Shown here piece after piece: positions 37,175 through 47,108 of a DNA stretch of 64,000 bases (within the stretch, counting starts at the first letter, position 1; the number at the start of each line of letters is the position of its first letter). Under the pieces are notes generated by a model that was not told where the DNA came from, did no database searches, and worked only from the letters and a program-made list of their open reading frames with translations. Both the position numbers and the translations under genes were made by a program. The DNA is from Dehalococcoidia bacterium. Lineage in GTDB: Bacteria; Chloroflexota; Dehalococcoidia; Lucifugimonadales; G963668185. The stretch is taken from positions 88,894 to 152,893 of the forward strand of contig CBDFLT010000007.1 of the NCBI GenBank assembly GCA_965249225.1. The letters run 5' to 3'.

Positions 37175-39241
37175 ATGCGATGCCCTCACTGCCGGCAAGA
37201 AAACGACGAGACCAATTCATTTTGCATCTCCTGTGGCTTGGCCCTGAGGCCTGAGCCTCAGGAGGATGAGGGTCTTCGTAAGGAGACCAAAGTGGAGGCA
37301 TCCTCCGAAGAGGTGTCCCTGGCCGAGCTCCAGGGGCAAGTGCGTGCCCTGCAGAGGGCGGTCCAGGACATGCGAAGCGCGCTCCTGGGGTATTTTAGAT
37401 TGGGAGGTGAGCCGGAGGAGGAAGAGGTGGTGCGAGTCTTGGAGCTTATGCGCCCATCGGCTCCCCATGAGCTGGCACGAGCCTCCACCGCCGCAGGTGC
37501 TCCGCATCCGACCGGCGATATAGGGATTCGCCACTACCCCCGCGAGGGTGCCCCGTCGCTAGGCGGAGGGACCTCCCGGGGTGCCAAGCCTCCGGCCCCC
37601 GCGTGGTGGGGGCGTGAGATGGACTGGGAGCTACTCCTGGGAGGCAACTGGCTGGCCCGTATCGGTGTCTTGGCCGTGGTCATTGGAATGGCCTTCTTCC
37701 TGAAGCTCGCCATTGACAATGAGTGGATCGGCGAGACCGGGCAAGTGGTCCTGGGGATTCTGGGAGGCGTCGCATTCCTGGGCGCCAGCGAGTACTGGCA
37801 AAAACGGTATCCGGCATATGCACAGACCCTTGCCGGAGGCGGCATTGCTCTTCTGTATCTCTCCATCTTCGCCGCCTTTGCCATTTACGACTTGATTGAC
37901 TTCTATCCAGCCGTTGCGTTGCTGGTCGTGATCAGCGTTTCGTCGGCGGGGTTTGCCATTCGATATGAGTCGCCGGCCCTGGCCATCATCGGAATCGTCG
38001 GTGCCTTTGCGGCACCGTTCATCACCGGTGGGTTCGCAAGTTCAGACTCACAGGTGGTTAGCGCGGGCCCGAGTATTCAACTCATGGCGTACGTCATGGT
38101 GGTTGACGTCGGCGTCCTGATACTGTCCACCTTCCGCAACTGGCGCTGGTTCACTCTATTGGCGCTCATCGGGTCTCTGATCGCATTTGGGTCGTGGTAC
38201 GCCGAATATGGCGATGAGGCCACCCTACTGACCGCACAGGGGAGCCTGACCATCATATTCCTCATATTTGTGGCGGCGACCACCCTCTTCCACATCGTCT
38301 GGCGACGGGCTCCGCAGGCGTTCGACCAGTCCCTCATGGCCATCAACGCCGCCGCCTACTTCGGGATAAGCTATGGGCTTCTATGGGACGACTTCCGGCT
38401 ATGGATGGGCGGCTTCACGCTGGTCCTTTCCCTCTTCTACGGCGGTCTTGCCTACGCTGTCTTGGTGAGGAGCAGGGAGCACGTCTATCTGAGCATCATG
38501 GCCCTGGGGATAGCCCTGGTCCTCCTGACCGTGGCCGTCCCGGTCCAGCTGGATGGGCCCTGGGTCAGCGTGGCGTGGGCCGCCGAGGGCGCGGTACTTA
38601 TCTGGGTCTCTTTGACGCTGCGGATGTGGCAGCCCAGGGTGTTCGGCATAGGCCTCTTCGCCGCCCTGGTGGTGCGCTTGCTGGTCTTCGACACCCCGGT
38701 GGATCTTGACGAATTTCGCGTCTTTCTAAACTATCGAATGATGGCCTTCGGGTCCGGCGTCTTAGCCATGTACGCGGCCGCCTACCTGGTGAGAAGAGAG
38801 TGGGCTACCCTACAGGAGTGGGAAAGGACGGTCTTCTTCCCGGCGTTGCTGGTAGGAGCCAACTTCCTGACCCTTTGGGTCTTCAGCGCCGAGGTGATCG
38901 CTGCGGTCGATAGCGGCATCGTCGACGTTACGGGACGGACGGCCGACCATGTGAAAAGTCTTAGTCTCAGCCTCCTGTGGGCGGTATACGGGTCCGTCGT
39001 GCTGGTACCGGGTATCATCAAGGGCTGGCGCTGGGTGCGGCTGGGAGGGCTGGCCGTGATCGGGGTAACCGTCATCAAGCTTTTTGTCTTCGACTCCTTC
39101 GCCCTTGAGCAGGGTTACCGGGTCACCGCATTCCTTGGCCTCGGGGCGATCATGCTGGTCGGAGGCTTTCTCTATCAGCGCCACGGCGCATCTATAAAGG
39201 ACTTCCTCTTTGAGGAGCAGAAGAGTGCACCTCAGCTTTAG
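37175..39241 (+). CDS. Zinc-ribbon + DUF2339 polytopic membrane protein
   Basis: MRCPHC..EN....FCISCG; E..LGGNWLARIG...FFLK.AI.N.WIG; C-terminal KLF.FD...L..GYRV.AF.GLG. Confidence 0.85.
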   Translation: MRCPHCRQENDETNSFCISCGLALRPEPQEDEGLRKETKVEASSEEVSLAELQGQVRALQRAVQDMRSALLGYFRLGGEPEEEEVVRVLELMRPSAPHELARASTAAGAPHPTGDIGIRHYPREGAPSLGGGTSRGAKPPAPAWWGREMDWELLLGGNWLARIGVLAVVIGMAFFLKLAIDNEWIGETGQVVLGILGGVAFLGASEYWQKRYPAYAQTLAGGGIALLYLSIFAAFAIYDLIDFYPAVALLVVISVSSAGFAIRYESPALAIIGIVGAFAAPFITGGFASSDSQVVSAGPSIQLMAYVMVVDVGVLILSTFRNWRWFTLLALIGSLIAFGSWYAEYGDEATLLTAQGSLTIIFLIFVAATTLFHIVWRRAPQAFDQSLMAINAAAYFGISYGLLWDDFRLWMGGFTLVLSLFYGGLAYAVLVRSREHVYLSIMALGIALVLLTVAVPVQLDGPWVSVAWAAEGAVLIWVSLTLRMWQPRVFGIGLFAALVVRLLVFDTPVDLDEFRVFLNYRMMAFGSGVLAMYAAAYLVRREWATLQEWERTVFFPALLVGANFLTLWVFSAEVIAAVDSGIVDVTGRTADHVKSLSLSLLWAVYGSVVLVPGIIKGWRWVRLGGLAVIGVTVIKLFVFDSFALEQGYRVTAFLGLGAIMLVGGFLYQRHGASIKDFLFEEQKSAPQL

Positions 39242-40529
39242 ACTCGGACTGGCAGTAGCGGGACTGGCCATCTCGGTCCTCGTGGTTTCACAGGCGTTTG
39301 CCGACTTCTCTCTGAGCGATTGGCGCCACGTCAAGCCCATCGTCTTGCCGACAGACCTCGGACAAGAGAGCCTGATAGAGCTCTCCCCAGACCCTGAGGT
39401 GTTCGCCAACTCGGCTTCTGGCCTGGTTGACCTCAGGATCATCGCGGGCGATGGCTCAGAGGTGCCCTACAAGCTAGACGTAAGCAAAGGAGAGCGTGAG
39501 CGTGCATCTTTCCCTACGACCATCAGGGAACAGGGCTACGTCCCTGGCGGGTACAACACCTTCGTTGCTGACCTCGGGCGTGAAGGAATCGTCCATAACC
39601 AGATCGAGATACATACCCCCGCCACCAACTTCCGCCGCACCGCCACGGTTGACGCAAGCACGGATGGAGAAACGTGGGCCAGGATCGCCGAGCAGCCGGT
39701 CTATGACTTCACCGTAAAGGAGCGAGCGTTCACCACCAGCGACACCACGCTAAGGTACTCGGAGACGACCGCCCGATACCTTCGCGTGCGGATAGTGGAC
39801 GACGGAGGAGGATCGTTGGAGATCACGGGAGCTAGGGTCCTCTTTGTTAGGGAGACCAAGGCTCGAGAGGTCCCTTGGGCCGCTTCCGTGGTGAGCAGCA
39901 CCCGCGACACAGAGAAGCGCACTACCGTTGTGGATGTGGACCTTGGCGTTGATGGACTACCCAGCCACCGTCTGGCGGTCAGAGTGCCTGATGTCAACTT
40001 CTATCGAGAGGTCAGGCTAGAGATCAGCTCCAACAGGGAGGAATGGAGCAGGGTAACTCACGCCGCAATCTTCTCTTATGACACACCGAAGTTCGTCGGT
40101 AACGGACTGGTGCTTAATTATCCGGAGACCACCACGCGCTATCTTCGCCTTACCATTTTCGATGAGGATAACTCGCCGCTTGACCTCCAGGGTGTGGATG
40201 TGTGGGGCCTCCGGCGCACGGTCTTTTTTTTAGCAACCCCCGGGCAATCCTATGAGTTGTACTATGGGAATCTTGAGGCTCGGCGGCCCGTATATGATAT
40301 CGAGCGGCTGCTCCCATACCTGGCGACTGAAGACCTGCCCCAAGCCAGCCTTGGCCCCCATGACGACAATCCTCAGTTCGTGGAAGCGGCGCCACCGTCG
40401 CGTCCCGTCAGCGAGCGATTTCCCTGGCTCCTCCCTGTGGTAGTTGCTGTAGCAGCCGTGGCTGTAGGACTCATCTTGTTCGGCGTCCTCCGTAATGCGC
40501 GGAAGGTACTGCCGCCGCCCGCCGAGTAA
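39210..40529 (+). CDS. DUF3999-like secreted, membrane-anchored protein
   Basis: Signal peptide, DLRI....EVPY, RYLRL.I.D.DN.PL, LYYGN......YD, C-terminal TM; usual partner of DUF2339. Confidence 0.75.
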   Translation: MRSRRVHLSFRLGLAVAGLAISVLVVSQAFADFSLSDWRHVKPIVLPTDLGQESLIELSPDPEVFANSASGLVDLRIIAGDGSEVPYKLDVSKGERERASFPTTIREQGYVPGGYNTFVADLGREGIVHNQIEIHTPATNFRRTATVDASTDGETWARIAEQPVYDFTVKERAFTTSDTTLRYSETTARYLRVRIVDDGGGSLEITGARVLFVRETKAREVPWAASVVSSTRDTEKRTTVVDVDLGVDGLPSHRLAVRVPDVNFYREVRLEISSNREEWSRVTHAAIFSYDTPKFVGNGLVLNYPETTTRYLRLTIFDEDNSPLDLQGVDVWGLRRTVFFLATPGQSYELYYGNLEARRPVYDIERLLPYLATEDLPQASLGPHDDNPQFVEAAPPSRPVSERFPWLLPVVVAVAAVAVGLILFGVLRNARKVLPPPAE

Positions 40530-40541
40530 AGCCAGAACCGA

Positions 40542-41342
40542 TTATTGCGTCGCTCCGATGTACCGTCGCACCGCGTCGGCCCGCTCGCCTAGGAGGGCCA
40601 TGGTGTTTTGGGCGGTTACGGCCTCCACCTCTTCTACCGACCTGCCCTGCAGCTCGGCGAGTTTCCGGGCCACGTCGCGAACGTGCCGTGGCTCAGTCCA
40701 GTTCTCGCGTTTGGCCTTAAACGGCTGCGGCGCCGCGTCCGTTTCCAAGACGATGCTTTGCAGCGGCAGACCGGCGGCCACCTGCTGAAGCTCCGGCAGC
40801 CTGAGCAGGGGCCGGGCCAGCGAGATGTAAAATCCCAGGTCGATTGCGCTCTTCGCCGTCTCCTCGTCGCCCTGAAAGTAGTGCATAACGCCTCCCACGA
40901 GGTACGCCTGCTCCTCTCTCAGCACGCGGAGCGTCTCCGGGTGTGCCTCCCGGCTGTGGAAGACGATGGGCAGCTTGAGTTCAAGCGCCAGGCGGATCTG
41001 CCGGCGAAACGCCTGATACTGCAGCTCGCGGTCCGGTGCGCCATCCATAAAGTCCAGCCCTATTTCGCTCACGACGACCACCTTGTCGGAGGAGCGGGCC
41101 ATACGACTAAGCTGGTCATATACCTTGTCGTCGAAGGGGTGCACTATGTCCATCGGATGCACGCCGACTCCGGCGAAGAAGTCGGGGAACAGTCCGGCAA
41201 GCGCGACCGAGCGGCGGGACGAGTCGAGGGTGCTTCCCGCAGAGATTACGAAGCCCACCCCTGCGGCTCTCGCCCTCTGAAGGATCTGCGCAACCTCGTC
41301 GTCGGAAAAGGCATCCAGATGGACGTGACAGTCTACTAGCAC
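40542..41342 (-). CDS. TatD-family hydrolase
   Basis: DCHVHLD, GVHP, EIGLD, HSRE, MHYF, LETD. Confidence 0.92.
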   Translation of the reverse strand: MLVDCHVHLDAFSDDEVAQILQRARAAGVGFVISAGSTLDSSRRSVALAGLFPDFFAGVGVHPMDIVHPFDDKVYDQLSRMARSSDKVVVVSEIGLDFMDGAPDRELQYQAFRRQIRLALELKLPIVFHSREAHPETLRVLREEQAYLVGGVMHYFQGDEETAKSAIDLGFYISLARPLLRLPELQQVAAGLPLQSIVLETDAAPQPFKAKRENWTEPRHVRDVARKLAELQGRSVEEVEAVTAQNTMALLGERADAVRRYIGATQ

Positions 41343-41499
41343 GTGCCCTGCCCGGTTCGATGCAAAAGGGGGAAAGATGTAACCTGGCTACGCCGGCGTG
41401 CGGTAAATTATACTACATGGGGTTGTGGGAACCGGCGGCGTTGTCGCGGTTATGCGCGGGTTGAGGTAGGCTGCTCGTGAAACTCCTGGTGGCCAATAA

Positions 41500-42489
41500 A
41501 TGAGAGGCATGGTCCTGAATGTAGGCAAGATACTCGTCGCCCTCGCGGCCAGCGTGGGCCTTGGATGGCTTGCGATCCGGGGGCTCGACTGGGACTTGGT
41601 CGGCGAATCTTTTGGCGATGTGTCGGTAGGGCTGGTTGTCCTGTCGCTGGCAGTGTTCATGTTCGCCAGCTACCTCAGGGCCTATCGGTGGCGGATACTT
41701 TTCGGTCGCGAGCAGATAACCACTTCGCGCCTGTTCCTCATTCAGAACGAAGGCATTGGCGTAAACAACCTCATTCCCGTCCGCATCGCCAGCGAGGCGA
41801 CGCAGCTGGCGGTCTTGTCCACTCGAGACCGCATAGATGGCGCTGTCGCCCTGGCCACGCTTGGGATGGAGCGTATCATGGATGTGCTGGCCAGCACGCT
41901 GATACTGACCATCGCATTCTTCATCGTGCCTGAAATGAAGAACTTCACCGTTTACGTCTGGGGAGCCCTGGGCTTCGCCATCTTGGTCGTTGGGCTGGTG
42001 AGATTTTTGTCCTGGGGTAGCGAGGCCCTCTCCTTCGTCCGCCGCATACCGTTTCTGGCCGCGTTCACAAAGGCGGTCCGCGACCTGGAGCGTGCGCCGC
42101 AGCGCCTGTTGGCTTCACTGCTTGTGAGCGCCGTCTATTGGATGCTGGTTGGCCTGACCGCATGGTTGGCGGCCCAGTCTCTCGATCTGTCCATTTCCCC
42201 CGTCACCGCGACCCTCGCCATCATGGGCACCATCTTCTTCGCCACTGCCATACCCGCGCTGCCGAGCTCTGTTGGCACTTTTGAGGCTGCCGTGGTGTAC
42301 ACCCTGGATTTCTTCGGCGTCGAGAGGTCGGCCGGCTTTGCGTTCGCCGTTCTTATCCACGCCCTCCTCTTTTTACCGCCCACATTGATTGCCATCGTAT
42401 TCCTGCCCAGGGAGGGCATCTTGTCCTTCCAGCGCATTCGCAGGCTGTGGACCAAGGGCGTTAGCCCCGCGTCGGACACTCGGGCTTAA
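41500..42489 (+). CDS. Lysylphosphatidylglycerol-synthase TM-region (flippase-like, UPF0104) protein
   Basis: LRAYRW, NNLIPVR..E, ERIMD, P.LP.SVGTFE. Confidence 0.82.
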   Translation: MRGMVLNVGKILVALAASVGLGWLAIRGLDWDLVGESFGDVSVGLVVLSLAVFMFASYLRAYRWRILFGREQITTSRLFLIQNEGIGVNNLIPVRIASEATQLAVLSTRDRIDGAVALATLGMERIMDVLASTLILTIAFFIVPEMKNFTVYVWGALGFAILVVGLVRFLSWGSEALSFVRRIPFLAAFTKAVRDLERAPQRLLASLLVSAVYWMLVGLTAWLAAQSLDLSISPVTATLAIMGTIFFATAIPALPSSVGTFEAAVVYTLDFFGVERSAGFAFAVLIHALLFLPPTLIAIVFLPREGILSFQRIRRLWTKGVSPASDTRA

Positions 42490-42497
42490 GCGGACCG

Positions 42498-44162
42498 TTG
42501 GTGAGCAGACCCCTTTTCTTTCTGTGGCTGGCCGTTCAGTCCGGTTTGCTCATCGCGGCCTGCTCGAAGTCAGCCTCCCCCACTACCGCGCCAACCGCCA
42601 CTTCAGTCCCCTCTCCCACCTTGGCGGCGACCGCGGCCCCCGTTGCTACCCCGATCGAGGGCGCGGTCTATGGCGGCACCCTGAACGTGGCCGGTCGAGA
42701 GCCTATTCTCCACCAGGACGTGCACCAGGAGGTGTCTCCGGCGCTTTCGACCTGGGGCCCGGGCATCGCTTATAGCCGGCTGCTGCGCTTCAAGTCGGGG
42801 CCGGACGTTGTTTTGCCCAGCCTGGCGGTGGAGTGTGAGCTGTGCGTGAGCTGGGAGATGGAGGACGACCGGACCTACGTGTTCTATCTCAGGGATGACG
42901 TCCGGTGGCATGACCTGCCGCCGGTCAATGGCCGTCCCTTCGTGGCGGACGACGTCGTGTTCAGCTATCAGCGCCAGCGCCAGCAGGGGTGGCCCAACTC
43001 AGGCTTATTGCGGTCGGTGGAGTTTATAGAGGCCCTAGACCCCCACACGGTGCGAATAACGCTGACGGCTCCCGATGCCGACTTCCTGTTCTACCTGGCA
43101 GATGCACGCTCGAAGATCGTGGCCAGGGAGGCGGTCGAGCTACACGGCGATCTGAGGGGCGGCCCCACCATCGGCACCGGCCCGTGGGTATGGCTGGAGG
43201 ACCAGACCCCGGGTTCGTACACGTTCGAACGCAACCCCGATTACTTCGAGACCGGTCTGCCCTTGGTCGACACGCTCAGGATTCACATAATCGAGGACTC
43301 GTTCACCCGATCGGCCGCATTCGCCAACGCGATCATCGACATTCACCGGGTGGAGGTCGAGGAGTGGACGAGCTTTCAGCAGCGACACCCCGACACGCCT
43401 TTTCTCGCTATTAAAGAGCTGGGAGCGGGACTTGAGGTGGGCCTGAAGACGACGGCTCCCCCGTTCGACGACCTGCGGGTGAGAAAGGCCGCGTTCATGG
43501 CGATGGACCCGTGGGGCGCGATCGAGGATGTGTGGCATGGCATGGCCTTCGTGAGTCAGGGTGTGCCGGCCGCGGAGGCGGACTGGCTGCTTCAGCCCGA
43601 GGAGTTTGACCTGTACTTCGGCGACCCGGCCCAGGCGCGCGCCCTGCTGGCCGAGGCGGGCGTGGAGACTCCCGTGCCGGTAACCATCGAGGTCGGTGAC
43701 TTTGGGGAACCCTACCTTGCGCACGCGCAACGCATCGCCGAGGAGTTACGCGCGGTCGGCTTCGAGCCCCTCCTCAACGTGGTCAGCCAGCGGGCGTTTG
43801 GTGAGGATGTTTGGGTCGGCGGAAACTACCAGATGTTCGTCGGCCCCATCGCTCCGGTGACGACGCCGAACGCGTACCTTTTTTCGATCTTGCACAGCCA
43901 AGGCAGCCTGAACACCACCGGGCACCGAGATACGACCCTGGATGAGTTGATCGAAGCTCAAGCCGTGGAGCACGATCCGGAGAAACGAAAGGAGCTGATC
44001 CAGAGCATCCAGCGTCGGGCCCTGGAGAACGCCTACCGGTTCATGCCGGCGACGCGGGTTTCGGTATGGACGTGGTCGCCCCAGGTACAGAACTTTCATC
44101 CCAACTTCGCGGGATTCGACTACTCCCACTGGGCCAGGGTATGGCTGGAGGGAACGCCTTAA
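42498..44162 (+). CDS. Family-5 ABC transporter substrate-binding lipoprotein
   Basis: Lipobox LIAAC, Pro/Thr linker, YGG.L, W...PPVNGR...ADDV.FS, GTGPW, PPFDD.RVR.A. Confidence 0.9.
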   Translation: MVSRPLFFLWLAVQSGLLIAACSKSASPTTAPTATSVPSPTLAATAAPVATPIEGAVYGGTLNVAGREPILHQDVHQEVSPALSTWGPGIAYSRLLRFKSGPDVVLPSLAVECELCVSWEMEDDRTYVFYLRDDVRWHDLPPVNGRPFVADDVVFSYQRQRQQGWPNSGLLRSVEFIEALDPHTVRITLTAPDADFLFYLADARSKIVAREAVELHGDLRGGPTIGTGPWVWLEDQTPGSYTFERNPDYFETGLPLVDTLRIHIIEDSFTRSAAFANAIIDIHRVEVEEWTSFQQRHPDTPFLAIKELGAGLEVGLKTTAPPFDDLRVRKAAFMAMDPWGAIEDVWHGMAFVSQGVPAAEADWLLQPEEFDLYFGDPAQARALLAEAGVETPVPVTIEVGDFGEPYLAHAQRIAEELRAVGFEPLLNVVSQRAFGEDVWVGGNYQMFVGPIAPVTTPNAYLFSILHSQGSLNTTGHRDTTLDELIEAQAVEHDPEKRKELIQSIQRRALENAYRFMPATRVSVWTWSPQVQNFHPNFAGFDYSHWARVWLEGTP

Positions 44163-44286
44163 CCCACGTGCTTGGCCAGTCCGAGTGCGGCGCGGAGCTC
44201 TGTTGGCCGTCTGCAGTATGCGTTGACAGTGGAAAGTCTTGGTGTTATCGTCCCGTCATTCTTCCCGTGAATTTGGAGGTGCAGTC

Positions 44287-44666
44287 GTGATTGATCTTCA
44301 TGCTACCAGGGAGACCGTTATAAACGCGTCGCCACAGGCCGTCTTTGACATCATAAGTGACCTGACACGGCACAAGGACCTGGCGGGCAGCGGAGAACTG
44401 GTCACCGTCCGAAAGTTGACCGAAGGGCCGACGGGTCTCGGTTCGATGATCGAGGCGGACGAGTCGATTCAACTGGGTGACCAGCACATGGAGTTTGCCG
44501 CTAAATCCGTGGTCGTTGGCTACGATGCCCCGAACAGCATGTCGTGGATTCCGGTGCCGCCCGTGAGGTGATGGGCGGTACAGAGGCCTACCAGCAGGCC
44601 CGAGGTGTCGACATCATCAACGGCATGGAGAAGACCCTCCAGAACCTCAAGCAGGCCGCTGAGTAA
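44287..44666 (+). pseudogene. SRPBCC/polyketide-cyclase-like gene with an internal deletion and frameshift
   Basis: N-terminal INASPQAVFDIISDL..H frame stops at 44571; the C-terminal helix GMEKTLQNLKQAAE* continues in another frame to 44666. Confidence 0.7.
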
Positions 44667-44768
44667 CGTACGGCCGCCGGGGTAGCCAGAACCGAGATCA
44701 GGAGCACCACGGATGTTGTCGCCTGGGAGGTTCGATAAGCTCCTGACGATCCGCCGCATAGAAATGAC

Positions 44769-45224
44769 CTACGCCTCTTGCCGGCTGTGGTAGTCCTCGA
44801 TACCGTCTTCCAGCGCGGTCCATGCCAGTAGAGCGCACTTGATTCGGACGGGGAATTTACGGACGCTCTCCAGCAGCCTGACGTCTCCCAGCTTTTCCAG
44901 TTCCTCTTCCGGGGGCTGGCCGCCGCTCATCATGTCCTCAAAGACCGAGACCAGGTGCTCGATCTCCTCCAACGTCTTTCCTTCCAGCAGCTCGGTGAGC
45001 ATTGAGCGGGAGGCCTGGCTGATGGCGCACCCTTTGCTACCTCCGCCCACTCTGGAGACTCGCCCGGAGTCGAGGGCTATCTGGATGAGCGTTTCGTCGC
45101 CGCAGAAGGGGTTGACGCCCTCCACCACGATGTCGGCCTTCTGAAGCCGCTCCTGATTTCTGGGGCTCCTGGAGTGGTCCAGGATGATATCCAGGTAGAG
45201 GTCATCGAGTTCGTTCAGCGCCAT
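44769..45224 (-). CDS. sufU: SufU/NifU-like Fe-S scaffold, copy 2
   Basis: LY...ILDH...PRN, NPFCGD, GCAISQAS, FPVRIKCA. Confidence 0.9.
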   Translation of the reverse strand: MALNELDDLYLDIILDHSRSPRNQERLQKADIVVEGVNPFCGDETLIQIALDSGRVSRVGGGSKGCAISQASRSMLTELLEGKTLEEIEHLVSVFEDMMSGGQPPEEELEKLGDVRLLESVRKFPVRIKCALLAWTALEDGIEDYHSRQEA

Positions 45225-46458
45225 GCACGAAGTATCTCAAAGCCTTCTTGAGAGTGTCCACCAGCAGGTCCACTTCCTCCTCGGTGTTGTAGATGTAGAA
45301 GCTAGCCCTGGCCGTGGCGACGACGTCCAAGGTACGCATGAGGGGCATAGTACAGTGGTGTCCCGTGCGAATGGCGATGCCTTCCCTGTCCAGGAAGGTG
45401 CCGATGTCGTGTGGGTGAACGTCCGATGTGTGGAAAGAGACGATGCCGCCCCGTCTGTCGACATCTCTGGGCCCGAAGACGTCCAGCTCCTCTAGCTCCC
45501 GGAATCGGTCCAGCGCGTACGCGGTGATCTCCCTCTCGTGCTGGCGGACGTTGTCCATGCCGATGGTTTCGAGATAGTCGATGGCGGTCCCCAGTGCGAT
45601 GGCGTCGCCGATGTTGGGCGTCCCTGCCTCAAATCGCAGCGGCAGGTCGTTCCAGGTCGCCCGGTCGAACCAGACCTCCAACACCATCTCGCCGCCACGG
45701 AGGAAGGGGTCCATATCTTCCAGCACGTCCCTTTTGACATATAGGACGCCTATGCCGGTGGGTCCAAGCATCTTGTGGCCCGAAAAGGCCAGGAAGTCGC
45801 AGTCCAGGTCATTTACGTCCACCGGCATGTGCGGAACGCTCTGCGCACCGTCCAGCAGCACGCTGGCTCCAACTGCCCGGGCCCGGGCAGTCAGGTCCTT
45901 CACGGGGTTGATGGTCCCCAGAGCGTTGGACACATGAGCTATAGCGAGCAGCTTGGTTTGCGGGGTGATGATCGAGTCGACGTCTTCCAGGTCGAGCGTC
46001 CCGTCTTCGGCCAGCGTCAGGAATTTCAGTGTGGCTCCGGTGTCTCTCGCCACCTTTTGCCAGGGCACGAGGTTGCTGTGGTGCTCCATCTGCGTCACGA
46101 CGATCTCGTCGCCCTGTTGGATGTTTGCTTTGGCCCAGGTGTTCGCTACGAGGTTGATGCCCTCGGTGGTGTTTCGGGTCCAGATGACGGACTCTGGGTC
46201 GTCGGCGTTGATGAACTTCGTTACCTTGCGACGTGCCTCCTCGTACTTGTCCGTGGCCTCGATGCTGAGGGCATGGACGCCCCGGTGTACGTTGGAGTTG
46301 TACTCCTCGTAGTATCGGGTAAGCGCCTCGATTACGGCGCGGGGCTTCTGGGAGGTGGCGGCGTTGTCCAGATAAACCAGGGGTTTACCGTACACCTCCC
46401 TGGAGAGGATGGGGAAGTCCAGGCGAATTCTTTTTGTGTCTAGTATGTCGCTTCCCAT
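45202..46458 (-). CDS. sufS: Cysteine desulfurase SufS
   Basis: YLDNAATSQKP, EHHSN, FSGHKMLGPTG, RTGHHC. Confidence 0.96.
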   Translation of the reverse strand: MGSDILDTKRIRLDFPILSREVYGKPLVYLDNAATSQKPRAVIEALTRYYEEYNSNVHRGVHALSIEATDKYEEARRKVTKFINADDPESVIWTRNTTEGINLVANTWAKANIQQGDEIVVTQMEHHSNLVPWQKVARDTGATLKFLTLAEDGTLDLEDVDSIITPQTKLLAIAHVSNALGTINPVKDLTARARAVGASVLLDGAQSVPHMPVDVNDLDCDFLAFSGHKMLGPTGIGVLYVKRDVLEDMDPFLRGGEMVLEVWFDRATWNDLPLRFEAGTPNIGDAIALGTAIDYLETIGMDNVRQHEREITAYALDRFRELEELDVFGPRDVDRRGGIVSFHTSDVHPHDIGTFLDREGIAIRTGHHCTMPLMRTLDVVATARASFYIYNTEEEVDLLVDTLKKALRYFVHGAERTR

Positions 46459-46530
46459 TTATCGGAATCCTGCTTTGTTCTTACGCTCGCACCCCACCCT
46501 GAGTGGGTGGGAAACGCCCTATGTGCGGCG

Positions 46531-46983
46531 CTACTCGGTGGTTATCGGTTCTTGTTTACTGGCCAGAGCGGCGCGGAGCGCATGCCACGACAGGCTGGCG
46601 CACTTCACCCTTACGGGAAACCGGGCCACACCGGAGAGGACTTCCAGGTCGCCCAGTTCTTCGGAACCTAAGTCTCCGTCCGGGCCTCGCATCAGCATAT
46701 CGTGGAACGCCTCGAAGATGGCTTCAGCTTCCGTCTCGCTTTTGCCTTTTACGCTCTCGGTCATCAGGGATGCCGCAGCCCGAGAGATGGCGCAGCCCGA
46801 ACCCTGAAAGCCTATGTCCGAGATTGTGCCATCCTCCACTTTCAGATACAACGCGATCTTGTCGCCGCAGAAAGGGTTGAATCCTTCGGCGGTCCGGTTG
46901 GCCCCCTCCACCTCGCGAAAGTTGCGAGGCTTACTGAAGTGGTCCATGACCAGTTCCTGGTATAGCTCGTTAAGCTCAGTCAT
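46531..46983 (-). CDS. sufU: SufU/NifU-like Fe-S scaffold, copy 1
   Basis: LYQELVMDHFSKPRN, NPFCGD, GSGCAISRA, FPVRVKCA; start at ATG 46983. Confidence 0.92.
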   Translation of the reverse strand: MTELNELYQELVMDHFSKPRNFREVEGANRTAEGFNPFCGDKIALYLKVEDGTISDIGFQGSGCAISRAAASLMTESVKGKSETEAEAIFEAFHDMLMRGPDGDLGSEELGDLEVLSGVARFPVRVKCASLSWHALRAALASKQEPITTE

Positions 46984-47108
46984 TACTCGTAGACCGTTGG
47001 TGATTCGCTGGATTGCCGGAGTTGGCGACGCCTGCATACTCGTGCCGGCCATTCTGAGGCTTTCGTCTCAGCTACGGCCTCCCCGTCGGACAATTCCAGG
47101 ATATGCCA

